From Candidatus Latescibacterota bacterium (GTDB taxonomy: Bacteria > Latescibacterota > CBDEFO01): 64,000 nt of DNA. The notes below the pieces were generated by a model. It had not been told where the DNA came from. It saw only the letters and a list, made by a program, of their open reading frames with translations, and searched no databases. Location: the NCBI GenBank assembly GCA_965237525.1, contig CBDEFO010000004.1, positions 1-64,000 on the forward strand, read 5' to 3'. Position numbers and translations under genes: made by a program. Below, one piece after another: positions 52,076 through 61,813 of the stretch. Within the stretch, counting starts at the first letter, position 1, and the number at the start of each line of letters is the position of its first letter.

Positions 52076-52642
52076 ATGGCAAGGACAAGGGACATCGGCA
52101 TAAAAATAGGCGACCTTGAAACGGGAGAACTCAACTCCATCTCTGACGTCGAGGGCACGAAAGCAGGGCACGTTGACATAGGTCATGACGGAACGCCCTT
52201 AAGGACCGGAATAACTGCCGTAGTGCCCCCTCGACAGGGGAAGAGGAGAAAACTCTTCATCGGAAGATACGGCGTCAAAGACCGGGACGGAATGACAGGC
52301 TTGAGCGTAGCTGAGGACTTCGGGAGGTTCTCGTCTCCCGTAGTTTTGACGAGTGCTGCAAGCGTGGGCGTCGTCTATAACGCCTGCATAACCTACGGAC
52401 ACAAAAGAGACCGTGGGCTGCCCATAGACGCCGGATGGCCACCCGTCGTGATAGGCCTGGACGATTCCTATCTGAATGACCCTGAAAAGGAAAGAGAGAT
52501 AAAGGAGGACATCCTCTTTGAATGCTTCCAGAAAGCGCAAGGAGAAAAAGTGGAAGAGGGAGACGCGGGAATCGGAAGAGGACTGTGGGCTTTCTCCTAT
52601 AAAGTGTTACGGAGACTTCGAGAATGTACGATTCGACCTTGA
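52076..52642 (+). pseudogene. Peptidase S58/DmpA family, 3'-truncated copy
   Basis: Matches the 48989 copy up to about 52590, then unrelated sequence. Confidence 0.7.
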
Positions 52643-52684
52643 GTCCAAAAGGATGATCGCGGTGGCAAAGAAGGTATACTGCTA

Positions 52685-55180
52685 ATGTTCAAAGTGACCT
52701 CTATATGCGTTGGTGTGATGGTGGTTTTCCTGGCGTCGAGAGTTATCGCGCTACCTCCCGGGCGGCATCCAGTTCTCCTCTACGAAGAGGTTGATATTCC
52801 GGTCATCAAAGATAGGATCGAAAGGGAGCCTTACGCCTCGTGGTGGGCCTGGATAAAGGGAAAGTCCGATGAAGCTCTCTCCAAATCGGCAGGCCAGTTG
52901 GGGGATGAAAGGCAAAAGACGAGGTTTGCAAAGGCATTGGCGTTCGCATATATGATTACACAGGATTCGACCTACGCTCAGAAAGCAATAGATGTTATGA
53001 AGGCTGTGAAGTTCCCTCCCAGAGGGGGTAACCTGGGTGAGCCTCATGCCGAAGCAGAGGGGGCGGCTAACTATTTTGAGGCCTACGATATGCTGTATAA
53101 TTATCTCAGAGGTGATTTGGACTCTGATGGGACTATAAGGGCGATAGCCGCAGAAGAGGCCGACAGGCTCTACGGAGGGCTTTTTGTACAGTTGGGATTC
53201 TTCAAGATACCCCTTTGGCAGACTCCTCACAAGGACAACTGGCATATCAGGGCTTACTCAGCACTCGGAATGGGGGCGATCGTTCTGTCGGATTACGTAG
53301 GGGAAAGTTCGACTCCCGACCAGTGGGACGAAAGGGCCAGATCAGTGGTTATGGAGACTATGGATTATCAGATAGATGCAAATGGAGGATACGCCGAGGG
53401 ACCCTTCTACAGCCAATATGCAGCGGATATATATATGCCCTATCTGTTGGCTTTGAAGAGATTCTCAGGCGAGGACCTTTTGAATGATTCCAAGATCCAC
53501 TCTATGCACGATTGGTCTTTGAATATAAGGTTGCCAGATGGATCGAGGCCAAATGTGGACGATGCGCATCTGTCGTATTTCTTCGGGAATTACCTATCCT
53601 CAGTTTATCCAGACGGAGCAGTGCATGCCTGGGACTGGGGTAACGCAAGAGAGCTATACGCCGCCGATTTCTACAGGGTCGACGCTATAGTCTTATACGA
53701 CGACAGCATCGAGCCTGGTGAGCCAGATTTCAATCCGACGATATTTATGCCCGAAGCCGGTGATGCCGTATTCAGGAGCGACTGGTCGAGGGACGCTATA
53801 TATATGCTCTTAAGGGGAGAGCACGGAAAGGCAAGGACTAACGGTCTTTCACACGAGCACCCCGACGGCATCAGCTTTATCATCTTCGCCTACGGAGAGA
53901 TGTTAGCTCTGGACGCTGGATATATCGAGTTCGCACAGCACCACAAGGTCAACAAAGCGCTTAACCACAACCTCATCTTGGTCGATGGGAAGGGGCCTCC
54001 TCTAATCGAATTGTTGGGTAACGTTATAGGAGCAGGGGTGGATGCGACTATCAGTAACTTCTTCAGCACGAACTTCCTAGACTACGCGGAAGTGAAGGCA
54101 AGGTACCAGAATACGAATTTCGTAAGGAGCGTGTTCTTTGCGGATAATAAGTACTTCGTGATAATAGACGATATTGATGCTGGGGCGGTGCATACGTACG
54201 AATGGCTTCTGCACGGCAACGGAGGCGGCACGAGTGGTGGGGAATTTGAATCCAGGGAGAAAGGCGTAAAATGGAGGATCAACGATGTGGAGCTTATAGC
54301 CTACATAGCAGCTCCTAACAATGCAAAGATGATCCTAGAGGAGGGAGGCACAGCGGGTGTTCACTCCTTCAGCTACAGGCAGGAGTTGACGCATACAGTC
54401 TTGAAGGCGAGGGCTTCGGGAGAAGATTTGAAATTTCTGAGCGTGCTCTATCCTAAAGCTGTAGATAGCGATGAGCCTGAGATCATCGCGCTGGCCGCAG
54501 AAGGAGGAAGAGGAGTAAAGGTGAATGAAGATGTGATAGCGTACAAAAATAGGGACTCGGCGGGTTTAAGCTTACATAGTTTAAGTGCAGACAACGATAC
54601 CGTTCGGACAGATGGTGAAGCACTATTTGTTAAGTCGTCCCCGCGTCTGCAGCCCGCATTTGAACTGTTCGACAGAAACTCCTTCCCAGCGTGGCTCGGC
54701 TGGGGATCTGTAGGTAGATTCAGCGTTCTGGGCGGAAGATTCCTGAAAGTGGGATCTGACAGTCTATTTAGTTCATCGGAGAAGATAAGACTTGCGCTCG
54801 ATGCGAATGAGCTGGAATCCTCATTAGAGGGATATTTTAGCGGTCAAAATCCCTTCAGTCTAAAGTTGTGGACAACGCTGGAACCAGATTCAGTCTATGT
54901 AAATGACGCGCCCCTGGACTTTTCCTTCTCTCCCAAAAGTGACATCCTGACCTTAAATCTTCAGGGACAGGGAACTCTAAAGATGGTCCTTATACCTGTC
55001 AGGAGTGATTTCAACAGAGACCGTGATGTCGGTCTCGGAGATTTTGTACTATTCCTCGATGTCTTCGGATCATCCGCCGGGACAACGAATTATAGTCCTA
55101 TATTTGATTTAGACGAAGACGGTGAAGTCGGTTTGAGCGATTTTGTGATCTTTCTGGACGATTTTGGCAGCAGTGTATGA
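52685..55180 (+). CDS. Secreted heparinase II/III-family lyase with C-terminal EF-hand/dockerin-like domain
   Basis: DNWH, YAEGPFY, AVFRSDW, HEHPD, LALDAG, HNLILVDG; C-terminal SDFNRDRDVGLGDF..DLDEDGEVGLSDF. Confidence 0.8.
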   Translation: MFKVTSICVGVMVVFLASRVIALPPGRHPVLLYEEVDIPVIKDRIEREPYASWWAWIKGKSDEALSKSAGQLGDERQKTRFAKALAFAYMITQDSTYAQKAIDVMKAVKFPPRGGNLGEPHAEAEGAANYFEAYDMLYNYLRGDLDSDGTIRAIAAEEADRLYGGLFVQLGFFKIPLWQTPHKDNWHIRAYSALGMGAIVLSDYVGESSTPDQWDERARSVVMETMDYQIDANGGYAEGPFYSQYAADIYMPYLLALKRFSGEDLLNDSKIHSMHDWSLNIRLPDGSRPNVDDAHLSYFFGNYLSSVYPDGAVHAWDWGNARELYAADFYRVDAIVLYDDSIEPGEPDFNPTIFMPEAGDAVFRSDWSRDAIYMLLRGEHGKARTNGLSHEHPDGISFIIFAYGEMLALDAGYIEFAQHHKVNKALNHNLILVDGKGPPLIELLGNVIGAGVDATISNFFSTNFLDYAEVKARYQNTNFVRSVFFADNKYFVIIDDIDAGAVHTYEWLLHGNGGGTSGGEFESREKGVKWRINDVELIAYIAAPNNAKMILEEGGTAGVHSFSYRQELTHTVLKARASGEDLKFLSVLYPKAVDSDEPEIIALAAEGGRGVKVNEDVIAYKNRDSAGLSLHSLSADNDTVRTDGEALFVKSSPRLQPAFELFDRNSFPAWLGWGSVGRFSVLGGRFLKVGSDSLFSSSEKIRLALDANELESSLEGYFSGQNPFSLKLWTTLEPDSVYVNDAPLDFSFSPKSDILTLNLQGQGTLKMVLIPVRSDFNRDRDVGLGDFVLFLDVFGSSAGTTNYSPIFDLDEDGEVGLSDFVIFLDDFGSSV

Positions 55181-55270
55181 GTAACAGGTGAACGGAGATG
55201 AGAGAACATGTCCCTATCTGCTGGACAGACAAGAATGTCTGTTTTACTTGCGAGATTGTTTGGCTGCCCC

Positions 55271-55969
55271 CTATTGGTCGGGTATATCGCCTTCCGCAAT
55301 AAGAGCCTCATCCCGGTATATCTTTTCATTGGTAGAGTTAAATTCATGTTTGACACTTATCTTCATGTCATAGATGGAATATATCGACCATTTTACCGGA
55401 ACATAACAATGTGAATCCGACTTCCTCCGTTCCTCTCTAGTTTCTATTTGAAAAGACGTAAGAAGATGGCGGGCGTCCACAAATATTTTAAGGTCCTTGT
55501 TGTCTGCCGGAGGGGAGAAATAAAAAGGCCTCTGAGATGTCCCGATATTCTTAATGTTATAAGTCTTGACCTCGAGGTAGGTAGGTCTACCATAGTTATC
55601 TTCTAGATAGAGATCTGGGTAGCCACCGGGCTTCTTTTTGCCAGCCTTAGTCGAAGGTGTATCCACAAGCAAACCTAATTCTTTGAGGGAATCACGCACA
55701 TAAGTCTCTATATCATTCCCCACTTCATTTGTCCTGCCACGGTATATACCGTCCCTATTGGCTCTAACTCCAGCCTTATATGCTGCCTTTTCCAAAAAGC
55801 TAAGGAGTTCTTCGTCTTGCTTATTACCACAAGGATCAAAGGGGATAACCTCACAGTCTGTAAGGGCTTTGATAGCTAGATAAAAGGGAATACCCTGAAT
55901 CCTATCAAAGAATGTCTTAACTGTGTCTTCAAGATCCCTTATGAGTTTGTCCTTATGGTTTTCAGGCAT
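55271..55969 (-). CDS. Putative PD-(D/E)xK restriction endonuclease
   Basis: NEVGNDIE..GYPDLYL..YLEVKT; directly downstream of a methylase remnant. Confidence 0.6.
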   Translation of the reverse strand: MPENHKDKLIRDLEDTVKTFFDRIQGIPFYLAIKALTDCEVIPFDPCGNKQDEELLSFLEKAAYKAGVRANRDGIYRGRTNEVGNDIETYVRDSLKELGLLVDTPSTKAGKKKPGGYPDLYLEDNYGRPTYLEVKTYNIKNIGTSQRPFYFSPPADNKDLKIFVDARHLLTSFQIETREERRKSDSHCYVPVKWSIYSIYDMKISVKHEFNSTNEKIYRDEALIAEGDIPDQ

Positions 55970-55971
55970 AA

Positions 55972-56364
55972 TCAGTTCTGCTTCCTGTAAATCTGGATAA
56001 ATTCTTCCTGAATGACATTGTATAAGCCGAAAATGATCTTATCTGCTTCCTCAATGAGCTCGAATCCAGCCTTTTTACAGGACTCTTTAGCACACTTAGA
56101 AGTTTCCACTTCTTCACCTTGGTAGGTAACATTACCGATGACTACAACGCATCATTTACCAGGTTTTAAAACTCTATACATATGCTTGAAGCACTGATCC
56201 ATGTCCATATTGTAAAGCCCAAAGCGTTCAACACCGTGGCCCCTTACCCCTATAAAGTTATCCTGTATAGTTTCTAAATTCTTACCCATAGCCTCAAGAG
56301 CGTGTGCATCGTTCTTAACATAGTTAAGGGCTATGGAATAAGGTGGAGAAGTAATAATACCATT
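55972..56364 (-). pseudogene. DNA methyltransferase (SPPY, N4C-type) C-terminal remnant
   Basis: GIITSPPYSIALNY..MYRVLKPGK*CVVVIGN; internal TGA at 56152-56154; 5' part missing. Confidence 0.75.
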
Positions 56365-57374
56365 GGAGTGTCGGCGCAGCCGTCCGCATCGAGGATTTCT
56401 ACGACAGGTTCGGCACCACGATGAACAGCAAGCTGTCGGGACGGTACGCCTTCACCGATGCGTTCGCAGTGCGCGGCGGCGTCAGCAGCGGGTTCCGCGC
56501 TCCGACGCCCGGCCAGCAGAATGTGCTGAACGTGACAACCGAGTTCGATTACGAAATCGGAGACCTGATCAACAATGGCGCGATCCCGTCGACCTCCCGG
56601 TTGGCGGCGCTCCGGGGCGGCATGCCGCTGCAGCCTGAAAATTCGATCAACTACTCCGTCGGAACGGTGGTCGACAGCGGCACTTTCATGTTCACGGCGG
56701 ACTACTTCCGCATCGACGTAGACAACCGGCTCACGCTTACGCGGAACTACAACCTCACACCCGACGAAAAAGCGACGCTGATTGCCGACGGGGTTGCGGA
56801 GGCCGGCAACCTGACGGCGTTCCGCTTCTTCGTGAATGACTTCACGACGCGGACACAGGGAATCGACATCGTCTCGACCTGGACCCCGCTGGCTATCGGC
56901 GGGCGGACGACGTTCAGCGGCGTCTACAACTTCACCGACACCGAGGTCACCGACCACACCCCGGAGCATATCGACGCGGACTGTATCGCCGCCCTGACGT
57001 TGGGACTGCCCCGGACGCGCTGGAACATCGGGGCCAACCACACCGAGGACCATTGGACCCTCATGGCGCGTCTACACTACTACCGTGCGTACTGGGATCG
57101 CGAGGACGCGCGCGCGCAACTGGGTAGCGCCATGTCGTACCTGTTTCCGCTTTACTCCGGCAAGCCGTTGGTCGACCTGGAGGTCGGCTTCCCGTTGAAC
57201 AATGTCACGCTGTCGGTCGGCGCCCAGAACATCTTCAACACCTACCCTGACGAGAACCGCACCGCCGTCGATGGCGGCAACGTCAATCGGTACGGCCAGT
57301 TCGGGCCGTTCGGCTTCAACGGCGGCTACTACTACGTGCGCATCAACTACGGGTGGGGCTCCGCCGGCATGTAG
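56361..57374 (+). pseudogene. TonB-dependent receptor C-terminal fragment
   Basis: VRIEDF..FGTT.NSKLSGR..SSGFRAPTPGQ..LQPENS..GAQNIFNTYPD..GPFGFNGGYYY; no N-terminal plug. Confidence 0.8.
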
Positions 57375-58228
57375 CTAGCAGGACGCAAGATCGCCGGGGC
57401 ATTCGGGCGAACCCGAACGCCCCGGGTTGCGGTCTCGAAGAACGCTCGGCTCTGCGTCAGATCAGTTGTTTTCCACGGGGAGCAGTCCACTTCGCGCGCC
57501 CGCGGCGAATGGGATGGTCACCAACAGGCCGGTCACCAGTGCCCAGGTGACCGGGGGACGATTCGTCAAGCCTCGACGCATTTCGTGACTCCAGATTGAG
57601 AGGCGGGATCTTCGTCACAGTCCGGCAGTATGGCAGCCGTTGAATCGGCCGGCGTACTTAGGCGGACAAGCGGACCGCTCGTCGCGGCAGACGGCAATCA
57701 CTCCGTCGTGCGGCGCATCAAGCCGCTGCGCGGCTCCTTCACTCCGTTACGGCTCTTCGAGTGGCCCGCCGAGTAGTGTCTCAGTTTGAAATTTCAGGAT
57801 GTTAACCCGTGTCTGGGCTGGCCCCACGGTGGGTGGCAGGGAGCCGTTGACGCGCCTGGCGTGCTGCGGCTATCCGGGGTCTTCCAGGTGGTGATGGGGG
57901 ACCACCTCCCTAATTATTTGGCATAAATGCTAGGTTTTTGTGCTGTTTGTCTGTGTTATCTACAGTTCTGCCCCAATTTTTTGAGTTCGTCTGAGCCGAG
58001 TTCTGGGCTTTGGGGGGTGGGGGTGTTGCTACGTTGGTACTCGATGGTGAGCCAATGTTTCTTCCCTGGCGAGAAGGGCGCCAGCGGCGAGAGGAAGATG
58101 GCCGTCTTGACACGCGGCGACGTCAAACGGCGGTCGGTCAGCCCAGGTTCGTTCAGAATCAGGAGGGCGGTCCAACTGGTGGGAGGTCCTACACCGCCTC
58201 GAGTTGTTCGTACTCTGCTTCCGGAAGC

Positions 58229-58620
58229 TCAGGAGCCATTCCGGGTCCACACGACCCCAATCAGTCTGGGAATCCCCACCAGGAGGAGATACGGGATCAG
58301 GCCATAGAGCAGGACCCCCGGAGGGCCAAATAGCCCCCCCACGAGGCTCCCGGCGACCGCAACGGGGGTGGCCAGGAACGTCGCGCCCAGCAGCAGCGTG
58401 CGGAACCGACCGGTCGTGCCGCGGAGAAGGCGTTCCACCACCCAGCCAATGACCCAGCCCGTGACGAAGAACAGACCCAGCCCGATCCACATCAGCGGAT
58501 TCACCAACTGCAGCTGGGCCGTGCTGTCTCCAAAGCGGTAGAGCGCGAGGAGGGTTTGCAGGGCCACCATGCCCGCCCCGCATCGCACTGGGATCCCCCA
58601 GGCGCACCATGTCACCATGG
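58229..58620 (-). CDS. Hypothetical membrane protein
   Basis: Four hydrophobic segments (GMVALQTLLALY..WIGLGLFFVTGW..GGLFGPPGVLLYGLIPY); start uncertain. Confidence 0.5.
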
Positions 58621-59077
58621 GATCACCAGCCAGACACGGGCTCGCAATCGCCGAAACCGCCAAGCGTGTGTCGTTGACATCTGGGTTCTGGATGGTGCTG
58701 GCTCTTGCACGACGTGCGAACCTCCGGTGAGTACGTTCCAGCCGGGATTTCCATTTTGGCCGTCCAGGTCGGCACTGGTATACACCAAACGCCCTTCCGG
58801 ACCTAGGTGCCTCTGAGCCGTAGCCTTCAGGCGGCGCAACGGCGGCCGGGTGGGCTGGGGCCACGAGTGGTGCCCGATTCCCAGCCGGCTGCCCGGACCC
58901 TGTCCGAGTGGTCGCGCATCGAAGCCGTGCCGGTCGGCACCCTCACGCTGACCCTGGATGATTCGAGCACACGCCCCCTGGCAAGAGATCGGCCGTGCAT
59001 ATTTGTGTTTATTCATCGTTCGAGGGGTGATTATCTACTTGACTAACTTTCACCGAGGGACGTAATATATGAGCGGA

Positions 59078-60263
59078 TTAGGTGAGTTGGAGCTTGGCTT
59101 TCAGGTACTCCATGCCCCGGTCGCCCTTGATGCGGTTACAGGACCCACAGAGCAACTGGAGATTCTCCAAGTGATCGGTGCCGCCCTTTGCTCGGGAGAT
59201 GATGTGATCGACTTCCAGGTGTCGCGCCTCGAAGTGGGTATCGCACCCGGCGCAGTTTCCTCCCTGGCTGCCGTAGAGTGTCTGTCTGTGCGTTCGAGGG
59301 ACCGCGAGTGCGCCGATGTCCGTCCGGCGCAGAACGTCTTTTCTGTGGACGATCTCGCGCCACAGGCCCTGCCTGTCTTCGATACGGGATACGACCAACT
59401 CCGCAGCCCTGCTCGAGACGTCAATTCCGGTCCAATTTCTACCAAGGTCCTCGGCGGCCACGCATGTTGTGGCGCATCCACAGAACGGGTCCAGCACCAT
59501 ATCACCCTCGTTCGAGCTGGCGCGGATGATCCGCTTCAAGAGAGCTATGGGTTTCTGCGTTGGATAGCCGGTTTTCTCCGTCGAGAAACTCTTGATCATG
59601 ATCGAATCGAGCACATCTTCGGAATGACAATTCCACGTATCCTCAATAGGGATTCCCTTGCCGGTCGGCTTCTTCCCGTCGCGGCGTACATAGTCTTTCC
59701 GGTAAGGGATGTACTCTTTATTGAACCCTCCTATTGCTTTGTCGCTTTTCAGGTAGTAGAAGATCGTTTCATGGTTGCGAATCCATCCGAGTTTCTGAGT
59801 CTTGAACCCAGAGATCCACCCTATCCGCCAAACAATTTCATTGCGGAAGTTCTGGTGCCCGAAGACCGCATCCATGACGAGCTTAAGGTAATGGCTCATT
59901 GTGGGATCGCAGTGCAGATAGATCGAACCCGTAGGCTTGAGGAGCCGCTGTATCTCCAAGAGGCGTGCAGCCATGTAAACGAGATAGGACTTGTCGCTTG
60001 GGGTCACGGCAGCGAGCAGGACTCGGTACAACACCGGGTGCTTGGCTTCAATCAGGTTGGATCCACTCGACATCTACATCGGAGAGGGTCCACGTGTCCT
60101 TGAACGCCGCTCCGGCGGCCTTGGAGCCTATGGGAGCGGAATAGTCCGCTTTCGAGTTGAATGGAGGATCGAGGTAGATCAGGTCCACGGACTCGGAATT
60201 CATGCCCCGCATGACATAGAGGCAGTCGCCGGTCCAGATCGTCTTGGGCTCCCAGTTGATCAC
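59078..60263 (-). CDS. N6-adenine DNA methyltransferase - HNH endonuclease fusion; frameshift near 60060
   Basis: DLIYLDPPFNS, GSIYLHCD, YPTQKP, VLDPFCGCAT; C-terminal CAGC..EVDHI..GG..NLQLLCGSCNRIKG. Confidence 0.85.
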
Positions 60264-61150
60264 CTAGGCGACCAGCTGGGAGTATTTGAGCTTGCCCGGT
60301 GTCCATGATGCGACGGAGGGGGTATCGCGGAAGATGTGCGGGTTGTCACGGTTGTTGTACCGCCACTCAAGCTCTTCCAGGTAGCGGTCCATATGCTTGA
60401 CGCTCATCTTGTGGAACGTGCCGACGATGGAGCGCTTGAACAGGCTCCACACGCCCTCGATGCTGTTGGTGTGGACGTCGCCGATCACCCATTCCTCGGC
60501 GGAGTGATTCACGGTCTCATGGCGTGTGTCATCGTCACTGATCCCGATATAACTCTTGAGATCGTCGGTGTAGATTGCTTCCGCCTCGTCCTTCACGGTG
60601 CGCCGTACGAACTCATGGAGCGTGTCACGCCTCACGTTGGGGATGCGCTCGACGCGGACGCGGCCTCCGCGCTCGATGGCTCCGGCCACCCAGTACTTGT
60701 GTCGCGCCAGTTCTCACCCTTGCTCTTACCGCCGACCATCGTCTCGTCCACTTCTACGACTCCGACCAACGTAGGGCCAGAGAACGGATTGTTGCTCATT
60801 GCCTCTCGGATCCGGTGGCAGAGGAACCAAGCCGTTTTGTACGCGACCCCCAAGGTGCGCTTAAGCTGATTGGCGCTCATGCCCTTCTTGGACTCGCACA
60901 TGAGGTAGATGGCCAGGAACCACTTGCGGAGCGGCAGGTGCGATCCGTGCATAATGGTGCCGGTTGTCACGCTGAACCGATAGTCGCAGCCCCGGCAGCC
61001 CCACAGGTTGTATTCCCCGAGGTCGTGAATGTCCGTGTCACCGCACCGGATGCAGCAGACGCCTTCGGGCCAGCGCAGCGATTCCAGCAGGTTCCGGCAG
61101 GCTTCATCGTTGTTGTAGCGGTCGATCAACTTAATGAGGTTCATAGCCAT
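60264..61150 (-). CDS. IS1595-family transposase (frameshift near 60695)
   Basis: Zinc ribbon C.RCG..CRGC, FSVTTGT, VEVDET, IYTD, VNHS, HTNSIEG and RYLEE. Confidence 0.85.
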
Positions 61151-61328
61151 GACTCAGATTTCCAGGAAAAAGCGCAAGCTGCCTAAGAACGTGACGGAAC
61201 TTCCCGACCACGAGCTTATGGAGTGGTTGTTCGGCAAGCGCGTTATGAAGGAGATGGACGCGATTGTAGCCGAGCGGTCAGAGCCGGAAGTTGTAGCGTC
61301 CCAATACGATACGATGTCCATAGACTAA
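61149..61328 (+). CDS. Small hypothetical protein inside the IS1595
   Basis: MTQISRKKRKLPKNVTELPDHELMEWLFGKRV.., divergent from the transposase. Confidence 0.4.
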   Translation: MTQISRKKRKLPKNVTELPDHELMEWLFGKRVMKEMDAIVAERSEPEVVASQYDTMSID

Positions 61329-61509
61329 ATATAAGGACTTGGGCACCGTTAGTCAAGTAGATAATCACCCCTGCTTCCAGTGAGATCAGATCCAATCCCA
61401 GAGTGAAACAAGCCACTCAAGCTCTCGCAACCATCTCGAAACCCGCACGAGATTCCGCATCCAGCCACACTACATCCCCTCTTATTCTTTGTCAAGTGCA
61501 TAATTACCC

Positions 61510-61760
61510 ATCATTCTCCTCTGCCTTCGCTGGTATTTTCGCTTCAAACTGAGTTATCGAGATCTGGCCGCGATTTTAGGCGAGCGGGGTTTATCGATTT
61601 CGCACTCCACGATTTTGCGTTGGGTGGTTCGCTATGCGGACACGTGTGAAAAGCGCTGGTACTGATTCGAGCACCCGGTGGGTGGGAGCTGGCGGGTGGA
61701 TGAAACGTTTACCAAGGTGCGGGGCCAGTTGATGTATCTGTACCGCGCAGTGGATGGACG
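61510..61760 (+). pseudogene. IS6-family transposase remnant
   Basis: RWYFRFKLSYRDL..ERG..HSTILRWV..*..SWRVDETFTKVRG..YLYRAVD. Confidence 0.75.
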
Positions 61761-61813
61761 TCGGCGACGTGGGATCGAGCCATTCATCGAACTGCGGTCC
61801 GTGGCTTTTCTCT

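Larger units (their letters stand above)
59024..61371 (-). mobile_element. IS1595-family transporter IS with passenger methyltransferase-HNH gene
   Basis: Perfect IR GGGGTGATTATCTACTTGACTAAC at 59024-59047 and 61348-61371, enclosing the transposase and passengers. Confidence 0.85.

Noticed and set aside
56152..56154. In-frame TGA in the methylase remnant as selenocysteine
   Set aside because: It is not a catalytic Cys position, the gene is already truncated, and I saw no SECIS-like hairpin.
57780..61553. CTCAGTTTGAA / TTCAAACTGAG as terminal inverted repeats of a 3.8-kb element
   Set aside because: The right-hand match lies within IS6 coding sequence (RFKLSY) and is only 11 bp. The left motif may be an isolated IS end, but I cannot support that.
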